DNA from: Acanthaster planci
Taxonomy: Eukaryota
DNA length: 64,000 nucleotides
Assembly: GCF_001949145.1 (NCBI RefSeq)
Contig: NW_019091360.1
Location: 437,674 to 501,673, forward strand
Direction of reading: 5' to 3'
Shown: positions 35,993-50,072 of the stretch, piece by piece
Position numbering within the stretch: position 1 is the first letter of the stretch
Layout of the letters: every line of letters starts with the position of its first letter
Position numbers and translations under genes: made by a program
The notes under the pieces: generated by a model
Databases searched by the model: none
Seen by the model: the letters and a program-made list of their open reading frames with translations, nothing else
Told to the model about the DNA's origin: nothing

Positions 35993-38900
35993 GATTTGTT
36001 TTATTCAGTATACAGTTGATTATATGTATTGTTTAAAATTCCCGTATTTGGTTGTCAATTCGATTTTTGTGTTTTGTAGATTTTGACTGTTTTCGTTAAT
36101 GGGATCTTTCTCGGGGGTTGCTGTCTATTTGTTGTAAATATCCTTCAATTATTTGTTTTGTAATTTTGTCTTTATTGTCATTTCTTTTGACAAATCCATG
36201 AGTTGTAGTTATTTCGACTTTTTGTTTAATTCATATTGACAGTTTGTATTGAACATTTCTATTGTGATTTTTCTTTCAGGTCACATTATTCCTATCAATC
36301 ATTTATGTTTTTTTTCACCTGACACGTTCTGTATTGTCACTTGTTCAGTTCTGTTTAAATTGTATAAAAGATCAATTTACTTTAATTATTCAGTTAGGTT
36401 TTTCTTTTCTTTTGGCAAACCTGTTATTTGTAACAATGTCAATCTCTGTCACACCCGTATTGAATAAGTTCTACTATGTAATCTTTCCCCCTTGTCGGTT
36501 TCCTTTGGTTTTCAATTAATTATTCATCTTAATTTTGTTCATTTGTGTTGAGTGATCTGTTGTTTGTAATTTACTACGTGTTTGTTCTATTTGTGTTTCA
36601 ATTATATCGACATGTAATTTTAATTTTAAATACATTTTCGATTACACTATTTCCATTGATCATTGATGTTTTATTTTGTACACATTTTCGCTTACTTCAT
36701 TTCTATTAAACATCGATCTTTACTTTGTTCATTTCTCAGATATTTTATTTGTAAATAGTTTAATTTTGTTAAAGTTACTGTAACTTTGGTTCGTTTTCAA
36801 ATACAACAAAATAAAGTTTTCATTTGAAAAGTCAGAAATCTTATTGTCCTTCTGCTCCTCCTCCATGATGTTCTTCTGACAAAATGCCATTCATTTTGTA
36901 CATGGTTTTTGTGCCCCTAGTCCCTCTACAAGTTTGTACATGTATCTTCATTGAAGTTACCTCAAAGACCCTAGGCTATAGCATAGATGTACCTCAAAGC
37001 ATGATGTCATGATGACATCATCACCTGATCTATTATAGACTGTTGCATACTTCATTTTCCTAATAAGTTTAGTATGTTTCAACAGCAAACTGCAGGACCT
37101 TGAATGATCTGAATGACTGTATATTAGGTGCACACTCTTAGTCCACCAGCTACAGAGGGTCCCAAACAAAATCACAATAATGACGTCATCACGTGTCACA
37201 TGATAAGGTGAAATCTTCAAAGTCCTGTATCTTCTGAAGAACATGTCTGATTGGGATGAAACTGCAGATAGCTAGAAAGGGAAGCATTACAGGTGAAACC
37301 TGGCATCATGTGATGATGACGTCATCAGGTGAAAAGTCACGTGACATAAAAAGCACACCCTTAATAACTGTACATGTATCTCCTGAGGTACAAGTCCGAT
37401 TGGGTTGAAACCTTGCTGACAGCTGGAAATGGATGTCAAGGTCAAGGCTAATGCGTGTGGGATGGTTGGAGAATATTCAGACATCAAGGTGAGTCATTCT
37501 CTCAATTTTGCAAAATTCTAGATCTCTGTGCAGAACCTAAAGACTTTTTGCATGCTTTTTAAGACTACAAAATTTCAGCATATGCAAACATGACAAGGAA
37601 ATGTTTATTTCAAAGCTGAGAATAGTGAGAAAGCTCTATGCTCTGTTACAATCGGGCAAACCATCTTTAAATGAGATGTAATTGAAACCTGTTAAAAAAG
37701 AGCAATAAATGTGAACATTTTAACCAAGCCTGAAAAGTTGATGTGAAACATCAGAGCACATTTGCATCATTATTATACACATCATGCACAACTGTTAGCG
37801 TATCTCCCAGTTAAAAAATAAATCACCAATATGTCCTTTTGAAAATTCACAACTTTCAGGTTAAATATGATTGCATATCCATGCACAAGTGTTGGCTTCA
37901 CAGTTTAGAAAACAATTTTCTTGTTCTTACCAAATGCCCCTCTGGCAACAACAGCCATTTTAGTCTGGTTGACAGTCCCATTCGTGTCATCTAAATAATC
38001 TTATTGTGTAGAGTGATACAGACAGAAATTTATGCATAAGCAGTTTGGGAGTTTGCCAAATTATACAAACAAGTATTTATTGAATGGGAAAAATTTGTGC
38101 TTCACCAGTCTTAGAGAAAGTATGTTAAAGAGAAGTATGTTTAAGACCAGCTGGGCTTTGAAAGTTGATAATGACCCTTGCGTCAAACTCTGTTCGCTAT
38201 CAGCTTCCAAAGCCAAGCCAGTCCTAAACATGCTTGCTTAATTAAAAGACAGGCCAAGTGCATTTGTTTTCCCCTAATAATTCTTTAGCAGCTAATCATT
38301 TTATGTATAGAACATATGATAAAGAACTGCAACACTCATCAGCAGTTTCACAACTGTAACATAAGATCACATGATGGCAGAACCTAGGTTTTCTTTCCTT
38401 CTCAATGAGTACAGACAAAGCAACCAATTATGAGCTTCTTTATTTCACAGCAAGGTAAGAACATCGGTTCAGAAATAAAGCACCTGCAAGCCAAATTCCA
38501 ACATAACCAAGGAACTGGCCAACCTATATACCACCTGTAAAAAATAAACAAACTGTCTCAAAATTTATCTCAATGAACAGGAGTAACACAGACAGGCACC
38601 CACATTTCACAAATAGTCATTTGATACTATAAAAGTAATTATAAATTTAACAGAAATTTAGGAATTTCCAACGCATGAGAGGCAACCCAATCTCACATCT
38701 GCTTCAGTTGCACACAATTTTTAGGCTTTCCCCCAAACTCAGTGCTAATTTGCCTTTACTGATAACAGCGCAACTTCTCATGTGCAATGTGACAAGTTAT
38801 TACTGTACATCATTAGACCAGTGTCAAACTAGGAAGCTTCCATGATATTTGGTAGTTACATGCAAACCACTTAAATCCCATATCTATATCCAATATGAAA

Positions 38901-39830
38901 ATATATCAGCAACAAAAGACCTAGTACCTCATAATGACTCAGTGATTGCGGGCCATTCTTCATATTCATCTGGTTCATGGAATGATTTGGGCTTCTTGAC
39001 AGCCCATTCCACCAGAGTGTAGGACAACTGTTGGTTGGAGATGCCATACCAAAAAACTGTCCATTTGCTGTTACTCCAGCTACCCTCTGAACGCTTGAAA
39101 TACCTTGGACAAAAAAAAACTTTGTCATTTATTTACATGTCTAAGACAACAGTACTAAAAAGCAATAAAAGCATGAACAATTTGTTGCTAGCTTTGGGTG
39201 TTGTGGAGCTGCCAAATTGGAAAACCAATAAAAAACCTCCTTATATACCAAAAAAGAAAAATACTCTTTCAGTCATTAAAATCCCCACAGCATGATACCG
39301 TACCAAGGTTATGGGTGATGCACAAAGAAGCTCAATAAGTAGATTAAAAGATCATTTCAAATTGCACAATTTAAAGAGATATGGTCATGCTTTATACATA
39401 TCTGGCAGGCCCTTAAGATGGGGAGGGGGAGAGGTTGCAGGGTTCACTTCTGAGTTCCGCTCATTGGAATTTTGCTTTGGTTTGTTTTATATAAATATAT
39501 ATTGTTAATATAATGATGTTTATACCATTTGACGTTGTGTTCCAAAACACATTATGCTAGGCCTTTGTATAAAAATATGTGTTCACAGTGCCAAAAGTTT
39601 CACTTTTTGGTTTGATGACCCCCAGTCTCTGGTCAGACAACAGGCCTGTCTGGAATTAGGAACTTGAGTAGCCTGATCAATGGTCAGTCAGTGTAGTACC
39701 ATATCCGGTGATGTGGGCAATGCATGTGATAGCGCCAATGCAACACTTTTCACGCTTGAACCATGGGAGATCACATCATGTGAGTCATTCGTGTGGAGCA
39801 TCAGCACAAGCTTCAGTTTCTCTTTGTTAA

Positions 39831-41938
39831 CCACTTGCTGTCGGGTTCAATTAAAATGGCCGTGCACAAATACAGGTGTTTTCAAGATTTTTCATTTTCA
39901 AAATTCTTCGAAAATTCATTTCTTCATTTACTGGACGTTTACACCCAACATATGGCTGTCTGGTGGCTACTCTAATCTGAAAGGCAACATCTATTGACAC
40001 TAGTCACGTATATTTCACCCCCATTCCTACCCCAAATGCTACATAAATATAAATTTAGCCTCAAAGTGGTTGTTAACCACTTCGGACCGGGGCATTTTTC
40101 AATGTTGAGGATGCTGGGCCGGCANNNNNNNNNNNNNNNNNNNNNNNNNNNNNNNNNNNNNNNNNNNNNNNNNNNNNNNNNNNNNNNNNNNNNNNNNNNN
40201 NNNNNNNNNNNNNNNNNNNNNNNNNNNNNNNNNNNNNNNNNNNNNNNNNNNNNNNNNNNNNNNNNNNNNNNNNNNNNNNNNNNNNNNNNNNNNNNNNNNN
40301 NNNNNNNNNNNNNNNNNNNNNNNNNNNNNNNNNNNNNNNNNNNNNNNNNNNNNNNNNNNNNNNNNNNNNNNNNNNNNNNNNNNNNNNNNNNNNNNNNNNN
40401 NNNNNNNNNNNNNNNNNNNNNNNNNNNNNNNNNNNNNNNNNNNNNNNNNNNNNNNNNNNNNNNNNNNNNNNNNNNNNNNNNNNNNNNNNNNNNNNNNNNN
40501 NNNNNNNNNNNNNNNNNNNNNNNNNNNNNNNNNNNNNNNNNNNNNNNNNNNNNNNNNNNNNNNGCTGGTAGTGGTTAAGATGATAAATTATTTCCATTTT
40601 CAATCACTCACTTGGTCTTTTTTCCACTAAATTTCTCAATTTTAGAAGTTTTCCCAGAACACTGAGACACTGCATACAACAATACTACACAATACAATCA
40701 GTTCTATGTAGCTAGATTTTTTTGTCCAACTTTCACGAGTTATATTTGATACTTCTGCGCAGCGGGATCTATACGTGTTTTACATGCACAAAACCGATCC
40801 AGCCATGTACTGTACATGGTACACTGTACCATGTACATGTAGCAGTACATGTACGTGTACATGAGCATGTACAGGTACACACAAATTTTCGACGGAACTG
40901 GTATAGATATTCATGTAGTTCATGCATGTATAGTATATTTAAAACTGGAAATGTATACCGTGAATTTCAACATTTTCCAGGCAATTTTAATGACAGACAG
41001 ACCTCGGTTTCAACAATAAACTTCATGTTAACTTACTGTACTTTTGTGTTCGTCTTTTGCTCCTGAGTCACAGAATTCTTATGCTTGCAAGGCCGTAAGA
41101 TTATGCGGGATGAACGGAATCAGTGCTGAGTTGGGTCAATATGCAAACGTGTCCGGTCGGGAAGAGAACAAAATATAGCGCAAACCGTCAGCAAATCTAA
41201 AACCTTCACACCTTTCTCCACCACAGCCCACTTTTGAAAACTTTTGAATTCTTTGTTTTGAGCCTTCAAAAATCGCATCAAAACGTAAACAAACTACCGC
41301 TTACGAAAAGAGCTTTTCACAAAAACATGTCAGGGAAAAGGCCTTATCTTACCATGAAAATATTTTGGGCAAGAATTTTTTTTAAAAGTGAAATAAGATG
41401 TAAATTTCTTGAAATGAAACAGCTGTTTGCCTGGCACTAATTCCCATGGTCCTCATTACGCATGCAAATGACCCTAAAACGGCACATGCGCAATTAATAA
41501 TTTCCCTCTGTAACATATGTGCCATCTACTTCAGCCAGGCCTGCTGCCTTGTAAAGAGAGCCCAGATTGTGCGGTGTTGCGTAATTTTCTTTTGTTCTCG
41601 AAACTGAAGCAGTTCGCTGCTGGCGTCTTTTTCAATAGGGCCAGATTAGCATGCAGTGGTATTGTGTTGTTCAGCACTGTAACACTGGAAGGCTTTCGTC
41701 CAAAGTTGTAATCCTTCGTATTGAATGCCACAAATAGTGGTATAGTGTTTCAAAAAAAAAGACAGATTACCTCCGCCATTGACAACTGAAAAAATGTTCT
41801 TCAAGTCCCAGCAGCTCGGTCTTTTGTTTAGAGTGTGGTCTTTTGCTTCAAGACCCAGCTTCTTTGTCCGATTTCGGGCTCCCTGGCTATGCATCCAAAC
41901 ATAAGGTGCCTGATACCGGGTCCCCTAGTGCGGAGTGG
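39831..41938. mobile_element. piggyBac-type MITE family B with nested insertions
   Basis: TTAA-CCACTT...AGTGG-TTAA; both halves align to 50337-50914; extra sequence at about 40003-41526 includes another TTAA-CCACT...AGTGG-TTAA copy at 40077-40574. Confidence 0.75.
40125..40563. other. Assembly gap
   Basis: Run of N. Confidence 1.
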
Positions 41939-42199
41939 TTAAATTGGCAACTTCAAGTAGGGTTGGACGGACTGCTTCGGAAATGTAATTTTACCATATA
42001 ATGAAAAAAGCATATGTAGCAAGGTATGAGACGGAGAGAACCCCCCCTGCTTTGTGTTGGTCACTGTCTCGCAGGAATCTGGGGAATTCCTTGCAGACAT
42101 CTTGGGGGATGTGTTAAGTAACAATAGTCTGGAATGTGTATAGGGATTGGACATGTTGGGGGGGTACCCCCCGGTCTCATTTCTTGCTGGGTATAGAAA

Positions 42200-42880
42200 A
42201 AACACCAAGACAGTGTTGTGATTCTAAAGGCCCAGGTTAACTTTTTCAGATTCACACAATTCACAAAAAAGATACAGAGATATGTACAACTGCAGACCTG
42301 CCAACCTTGACATATTTTTTCAAGTACCACATCGGCGAAGCAGCATAAACCATAATCCCAGTGCACGGTGACATAACCAAGAAAATGTTCGCACAATGCT
42401 TACACATAATCAGAAAAAATCACACCACCTGTGCAAAGCTCAATGCATTAAATGAAGCTGCTCTGGTTCCCACTGCACCGCATCCATGCAAAGGAATGCA
42501 CGATGGAAATGTAGGAACCAAAATGTTTGTACAGCACATGTACTGAACGTTCTGTCCATGCCCTCTCTACATCGGCCGTACATGTCACGGATGCAACCCT
42601 AAGGCTGCAAGTCAAAAAGACATCTATGTTGCAAGAGGTTTTCTGCAAGTTAATTCACAGAACTTGGTCTCTTATTTATGTATGTATTTTTCTGCTTCCA
42701 TGAGTTTAATTTAAGGTTGTTCTGCTCGTGGCTCAAGGTTTATCGCCCGCTGGTTTGGATGCATCTGCTTACCACGCGATACACAGACATTGTTGGCCAG
42801 TTTGCCTTCACGATTGCCTGAGTAGCACTGTGTGAATTGTCCATAATTTTCTTGTGAATAGAAATTTTTACACAGATTAA
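42200..42880 (-). mobile_element. Possible P-like transposase C-terminal fragment
   Basis: Weak frameshifted similarity: KFLFTRKL, CCTNIL, SSFI..CTGGVIFSDYV.ALCEHF. Confidence 0.3.
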
Positions 42881-42924
42881 GACAGGTGTTCATCACATCT
42901 TGGTCTGGACTGGTTTTGCTCAGA

Positions 42925-43920
42925 CGTCCAACCACATGAATTATGCCATCACCGGACTTGAGAAGCACGTCACTGAAGGTGGTCTTCTGGTGGTCGTGGT
43001 CATGTGGTGTACACAACAGGATCTTCCTTTACCTCCAAAACACCTGATAGCGACTGAGTAGCAAAATCTGGTTGACATGGCCAGTGAGATTCGTCACAGA
43101 GTAGGAATTGCGGACCTTGCACCCAGCACTCACTTTCAAATCAACTCGTGCTGTAAGGCCATGTGAAACATCATCCGCTGGATTGGCTTTACTATCGACG
43201 TGTCTCCACTGCTGTGGGGTTGAATGGTCCAAATTCTTGTGACATGATTGGTTACAAAGGTCTGGTACCTTTTGTCGTCATTCTTCAGGTAATATAGCAC
43301 AATCATGCTGTCGCACCAATAGATTGCCTCCTGAAGTGGTTGTGTCAGGTGCTGATGGATCATCTCATTCAACTTGACATAGATGACTCCAGGCGCAGGA
43401 TTGTTGTTGCCTTCAGCGGGGCCAGCTTGGCGTTGGCCATTAGCAGCACATAGTGTATCAACTGAAGATGTCGGTAAGTTGTAGCGCCATATCCCCTCTC
43501 GGAGCCATCTGAAAAATGGTGTAGCTGTGCTGACATGACGGCATCAAAACTGAGTGACTTGACGCAACAGGGCATTGACAATTTTCGAAGCTCTAGGTCA
43601 TTCACCCATCGGACCCAATGCTCTGCAATGTCACAGGGATTAGTTCATTCCATGCAATCTTTGTTCTGCATAACTGCTGAAGGAGTATCTTGGTGGTGAG
43701 TACAAATGGGCTGGCAAATCCTCAAGGATCATACACTGAAAATTACGCTCAGAAGACCTTGTCGTGTTTGTGGCTTCTCCCCCATGTGTACGTCGAATGT
43801 AAATGCATCAGCCTCAGTGTCTCACAGCAATCACAAGGCTCTTTCTGCAGGCATCATCTCATCCTCAAAATCCAATGATGGAACTCTCTTTGCCCGTTCT
43901 GATTCAGGAACTAACCTAAG
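42925..43920 (-). mobile_element. BEL/Pao pol remnant (RT end, RNase H region)
   Basis: QLHHFSDGSERGYGA, AKLAPLKATTILRLE, YWCDSMIVLYYL, WRHVDSKANPADDVSHGL; homologous to 12740-13600. Confidence 0.88.
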
Positions 43921-44250
43921 CACAACACAAGAATTTCTTTAAATGCAATTGAGCTTAAGCCAACTATTCTTTCTCATCTAACTGTTTGTTGGGGGGTGTA
44001 CTTGTGAAAGGTGCAGAGGAAGCTCTCCGGTGCCTGAATGCAGCCATGCATCAAAGTAGGATTGCAAATTGTAAACATCCTCGGTTCACAATACAGTGAA
44101 AACTGGGGCCACGGTGAGCATTTTCTTCTAACCGAAAAATTGGGTGAGTAAAAACGATTTTGTTTGAAGTAGAATGTTAAGCATGACTGGACCCTACCTC
44201 AGCAATGTTTTAACAACATTTACTACATGTATGCATGGCCCAAGTACTTA

Positions 44251-44434
44251 GCCCTTCACGGCAGGATTATTTTGGACACGACTGCTGGGCTGTGGTATGC
44301 CCTGAATGGAGGGCTTTGTCCAGCAGCAGGCCCCATAGAACCAGCAGCTGCATGGTGAATAGACTGTATGTGTAGTATGCACTAATTCTCACACAATGGT
44401 GCAGTGGTAGTAGCAGTCTTCCGTAGCGAAGGGG
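44251..44434. mobile_element. piggyBac-type MITE family A, copy 2
   Basis: Aligns to 22556-22726; ends GAAGGGG-TTAA. Confidence 0.75.
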
Positions 44435-44739
44435 TTAAAGTATGCCTTCTGGTAGGTCCCCCCATATTGCTGATAGGCTGATGTATATCTTAGACTGCTG
44501 TAAGAGTGAATGTGCCAGTGGAATAGGGATACGCAGTCAGAAATGCAACAAGAAAGTAAAGACTTTTATTATGCTAACTCTGGTGGTTAAAATTGTGTTG
44601 AAATGGTGTTTTGTTACACCTAATGTTGGCCTGTCAAGCCTGTGTGGGCCTGTCCCCCAGCCAGTCAACCCAAATAAGAATGAATTGAAAGAATACAGTA
44701 TATTAAAATGAATTTTGGGTTTGAATTTCTTGTTAGGTG

Positions 44740-45985
44740 ATCCGCCTGCCAAGAGCAGAGAAGTTTGAACAGTATGGCTAAGTTGTCCACTAGTGCCAGC
44801 ACTAAGCCTACTATATCTGTTACTCCAAGTGATGTCCCAAAGTCGACGCATCTGACATCTGTGAGAACAGTGGTGTGCCTGTAATGCAGACCAGTAATGA
44901 GAATGGCTGCAGGAAATGGACAAAAACACTCCTATTTTCACTGTGATGTACCCAAGGCCAAGCTGCCCCGTCATCTCCAGTCATGTCACACAACAAGGCT
45001 AACCTTGACGGTGCATCCAGCATCCGGTCCACCAAACTTTGTAAACATGTAGCAACTGCATGTAAAATTCTCACATGAAAGGAACATCAACTCAAAACGC
45101 TAGCAAACTTCAAAAGCACTACCAGTTGCAAGATACTGTACAGCGGGTCATCAAACTGTAAAGACTTTTCCTGAGTTTAGAAAGGGGCAACTTGCTTTCC
45201 CAGAGGGACAAAAACTTCAATGTAACTGGACGTAGGGGTACCCTTGCACTAAAACCATGTTTCCCATGTCTAATTGACTTCAAGCAACAAACCTGAACCC
45301 AAACTTTTAAGGGGATCTGACCCTACCTAACACATTTTGTTTCTTCCAAATCCGACCCCTCCCACCCCCGAAGACAGAAACACAGACCAATACCAACAAA
45401 GAAGAGGAAAAAATGACAAAAATATATTGCACTTGCCCAAACAACTATGAAAATAGTGTTCAATTTTGGCCAGCCACATCCAACATTTCCCAACCCAACC
45501 CCATGCAGACTGCCGCATACCTGTACATGTATGTGTGCTTTAATTGATGGATTTCAATGCTCTTTGTTTACTCACAGAATGCTTCAGCAGTGACGAAGAC
45601 AGCAGCTAGAGCCGGGATATCAGTCAAAGCAGTGAATTCATTGAAAATGGTAAGATTTGGCAAATTTGTCCGTCTGTTTTTTGGATGGGCTGTCTCCATC
45701 AGGCTGTCACCTAACTTTTTTATGTCCTCTTCTTGCCTGTACATTAATAGGACAGCTTCTTGGCACCACACCATGCAGCTGAAAGGCATCTCCAACATTG
45801 AAATGAGTGAAGCATTGTCCCTGGACTACAGAGGAGAAGAAAGACGTCACAGATGGCCTGCACAGATTGTTCCAGTTAAAAAACTTCCTGGCACATGCGA
45901 CATTGAAGCAGCTTGCTCTGTGGCACTGCAGACCAGAACTTGGAGGAACATCAACGACTTTTGTAACAACACAATAAAGCTCTAG
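44740..45985. mobile_element. Scrambled remnant of a Crypton-like tyrosine-recombinase element
   Basis: + strand PWTTEEKKDV..KKLPG..DIEAA..LQTRTWRNINDFCNN (SANT/myb-like tail); - strand EEDIKKLGDSL and TLGHH fragments. Confidence 0.4.
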
Positions 45986-46796
45986 CCAAGCTAAGCGTTA
46001 TCTATCATATGTGGCACAAACCATTTTTAAAAGACTTTATATCATATTGATGATATATCCTACAGCAGCACGCCAGTAACACAAAATAATTTAAATGGCC
46101 AAAACAACAAAGTGCTGATGTGTGTTGTCCTCAGTGCTATACGCTACACTCACATGATTGAGATGTCCTCTGTCTAATAGAGTGGCAAGTATATCCTCCA
46201 TGTGCACTCACTATATGTATGACTGTGTGCACCAACCTTACATTCATGTACATGTACATAGGGCGGACTTGTGAACAAAAGATGTCCACACAATGCAGGA
46301 GGAGAAGCCGTTCTGTGTGTGTGTGTGTGACTCACCAGGCATTGACCTTGTTAGAGATTCTGGATCGCCAAAACAGACTTGGAAAATCCCTCCTGACACA
46401 GTTCCACAGCATATCGCTTGTACCCTCTCCCTGGATTTAACAAAAACAAATTCCACTGAGAATAGCAAACAATATATTCTTAAAATAACACCTATGCAAA
46501 AGTGCATATAGAGGAAATTTGCACATTTGAAAATAGATTTTTCAAAAATATTCAAGTACACTTCTAAAAGATACCGTTTCAGTATGAAACTACAAGAGGA
46601 AAAGCACACTCTGAGTAGTACATGTACATGCAATCATGCAGGCCTACCAATGACTCTTTCAACTGTTGTAAGGAGTAACATTACTGTACACTTTGCGTAC
46701 AGTGTAAATATTGTGCACATTATACCTTTATTCTATCATAACATTATAAGCTGTAAAGGGGCCGCAAAGTCAATGAATTGAATACAATTTGTATAT

Positions 46797-47215
46797 GGGT
46801 AATTCCAGAAATTAGGGTCCTTTTTTGGTGTCCATGTCACATCTAACATATGATTTGTAAGTTCCCAACACAGTTTCTACTTTCTGAGAGTGATGAATCC
46901 GGGCGTTTCACAATAGTGCACCACCAAGAGTTTGCAACGCGTTGGCCAATCACAATGCGCGAAATCTGTTGACCCATTGCACAGTTGGAAAGGGTTGACA
47001 AATTTCGCACTTTGTGATTGGCCAAGGCGTTGTAGACTCTTGGTGACCCACTATTGTGAATTGCCCATATTGATGCAAATTACCTGCCAAACAAATACAC
47101 GTAGTAATAGTTTGAAATCCAGTCTGGTGATATTTCCATGTCAAATAACAAAGGTCAGATGTAACAGGGACACAAAAATGTCACACATTTGGACCCCTCA
47201 TTTCTGGAACTACCC
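46797..47215. mobile_element. Palindromic MITE flanked by ATAT
   Basis: TIRs gggtaattccagaaat / atttctggaactaccc; ATAT at 46793-46796 and 47216-47219; the interior is also self-complementary. Confidence 0.85.
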
Positions 47216-48035
47216 ATATTACTATGTAAAAAAGGGTACTTGTATTTCAATCATGTACTATATCTTGAATACAAAGTATTACAAGGTAAATTTCAGTAAA
47301 CCTTGAAAATTTGATGGATTACCCTGGGTTTTCCTACTGGTCCAACGCTAACTTGTGCACCCTGATGAGAAAAAAAGGTGAGCTAGCCTCCCCAATAGGC
47401 TTATTGGACCTGCTTTCATTCATGACATATGGTAAAAATCTGGCATAGTGCCACAAATGACACAGACCTCCTGTACAATATGGGCAATTCACAATATGTA
47501 GTGCGCCACCGAGGGTTTGCTGTAAACAGGCCACTTTTCAAGTTTACGGATGACACACTGCCACAATTACGCGCACTTTGTAAGTAATTAAAGGTTATTT
47601 ATTTGATTGATATTGATGGATTGATGAATTCCCTGCACCACACAAAACCACCATTTTAACAACCTACCACCCATTCGCAATAAGCAATTTCCTTCCCCAC
47701 ATTAAGTGTAGGTTGGGTTTACTGGAATATACCGACCCAAACAGTCACTACATATGCCATGCGCCTATTTATTATTTGCTGAAAAGATTCAATTATCCGT
47801 GGTGCACCATGACCTCCCATAAAGCAACTCATAAGGGTCAGAGCCTAAAGTGGGTGGGAGAGGACTGTTTGGGTAAGTGTGCTCTAGTAGACCTGACCCA
47901 CACTTAATGTGGGGGAGGAGTCTACAGTGCTCTACCTACCTAAACAGTCACTACAAATGCAGAATTGCACCGACTGGGGGGTCAGCAACGATCCAAAAGT
48001 TAGTCATGAGCACAATAATATGAACTAAGTGGTGT

Positions 48036-48826
48036 CAGTTTTGCAGTCGAGTGACCAATGTCGAGTCCCGAGTCTCAAGCCTCGAGTCTGAGTCCAAGTC
48101 TTAAGTCACAAACCTTAAGTCTAAGTCACGAGTCACAAGTCATGAATGAAGTTGTTCAGCCAATTATTCTAAGTATATGAAACCATGGAGAAACATCCAT
48201 GATCAAAGTCATTAGTTTGTTGTGTGCTATCTGTTTTGTTTATGCTGCTTAATGACCTACATTGCAAAAGCTATGGTACTTTTTGCTAAAATCATCCACC
48301 ATTTATACTTTCAATTCCATAATCTTCGTTTATTTCTATATTTATGGAATGAAGTGCTGGGCTGGTTTTAAAGTACATTTAAGACAGGCTGAGGAGAATG
48401 CATGAGCTGAAGCTTAGGGTATTTAAAAACCTTTTACAGTCACGCCCAGCACAGGCCACGTATTTTGTATTTACAAGCGCGCCTGGTCATTTTGGTTAAA
48501 GTGTTTACATTTGCAACTGGTTCTGGAGACTATAAGGCTGAATATGTACGTCTGTACAGTGCATAGTCTTACTACCGCACAGTTTGTGGATACGGCAAAG
48601 TGGAAAATGTATGATGCAATAACGCATACAAATTAATTTTCAACGGCGTATACGGTAAATATATGTAATGAAAATACGTGAGTCACAAGTCACCAAGCTC
48701 AAGTCCGAGTCATCGTGCTTGAGTCCGAGTCATCAAATGTGACTTGAGTCGAGTTCGAATCATGAAAAAAAGGGTGACTCGAGTCCGAATCAAGTCTGAG
48801 TCCTGGACTTGAGTCATACAACACTG
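48036..48826. mobile_element. hAT-type MITE
   Basis: cagt.ttg...caacactg ends, subterminal (c)gagtc repeats, perfect 8-bp TSD AGTGGTGT. Confidence 0.9.
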
Positions 48827-49059
48827 AGTGGTGTACAGTCGACCACAGATAAGAAGAGCACTGTTAACCATTTCCTGCCGGGGGCATTTATAAATGTTGA
48901 TTCTGCTGGGCCAGAGCATTTTTCATTTTTTATTCAAAATTCTTTAAAAATTCAAATCTTCATTTACTAGACACACCGACATGAAGGACTGTTTGGTTCT
49001 ACTCTAATCTGACAAACAACATCCATTGACACAGGAATATTTCAGTCAGTAATGTAGGG

Positions 49060-50072
49060 GCAAAGTAAGAAAAAACAGTGCTCGACAGTTTGCTAAGGCA
49101 GTGTAAGGTGCTAAATTTTCGGCTCTACTGGGCCTTCTTCAGAGCTGTGGGGGCACTAGTGATTTGAATGCAGAAAATTCCACATTCAAACCACCTGGCA
49201 TCAGTGTTCCAATCTGGAATATGATGCGCTGTTCCGTCTCCAAGCGTCGAGCGTCTGATGTTGTCATAGTTAGGGTACACACGCGCATGTCGTCACAAGC
49301 GTGTGGTGCCTTGGTGAAGTGATGCGCTACAGGGTGCCCTGGGAATTGACGTCAGACGCTTCTCAGGTGCTCAGTGAATCGGCCAGCCAAGTGCCGTTTC
49401 ATTTCACTACAGATACGAAGAAGTCTGAGAATCTGAGAGTAAGGGAAAGAATCCTTGGAAGACCATGGATGGGAGGAGTCGTATCAGAGAAAGCTATGTG
49501 AGTCAGTTGCTTTGTAGAACACGGAAAGCTGACAGCCGATCACCCTCAATCTGAAGTTGGACGTTGAGGAAAGAGAGGGTAGTCCCAGAGGACTGTAAAG
49601 TGAATTTCAAGCTAGGATGATATTTGCTGACAAAGTCAATCAAGTTGTTCAGTTCCTATCTAGTGGATGATGTTGCACCAACTATGCCATCTATGTACCT
49701 CTTGTAGAGTAGTGGCAATGGGCCAGTGTAATTTCTGAACAGGCTAACTTCAACATACCCTATGAAAAGGCAGGCGTAGCTTGGCCCCATGCGTGTGCCA
49801 ATGGCAACTCCAATTTGTTGAACAAAGTGTCTGCTGTTGAAGGTGAAATTGTTGAGCTTAAGAACCAGCTCTGCAAGACAAACGAGAGTAGTAGACGATG
49901 GAGTCAGGTCTGGCCGCTGCTCGAGGAAAAACTGCAAAGCAATCAAACCGTCAGCATGGGGGATGGAGGTGTAGAGAGACTTCACATCCGTAATGAAGAG
50001 AGACTCTCTACACCTCCATCCCCAACGCTGACAGTTTGATAGTTCTGCAGTACTTCCTTGAGCGGCAGCCAG
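49060..50072 (-). mobile_element. Penelope-like retroelement fragment (RT plus GIY-YIG C-terminus)
   Basis: DVKSLYTSIPH, GVAIGTRMGPSYACLF, YKRYIDG, HPSLKFT, PVAHHF, EQRIIFQIGTLMPGGLNVEF. Confidence 0.88.
49110..49145 (-). ncRNA. Minimal hammerhead-like motif at the PLE 3' end
   Basis: GCU-CUGAAGA-A-GGC..GCC-GAAA-AUUU-AGC. Confidence 0.55.

Larger units (their letters stand above)
35608..36830 (+). mobile_element. Penelope-like non-coding terminal repeat (pLTR) with inverted 5' portion
   Basis: ggttctaaaaagaacc...gacgtttcgg end, hammerhead cores in both orientations, then a T-rich tract ending in aataaa near 36810. Confidence 0.6.

Noticed and set aside
35603..36036. Three repetitive ORFs of 118-138 aa
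   Set aside because: By-products of a stop-free 63-bp (21-codon) repeat.
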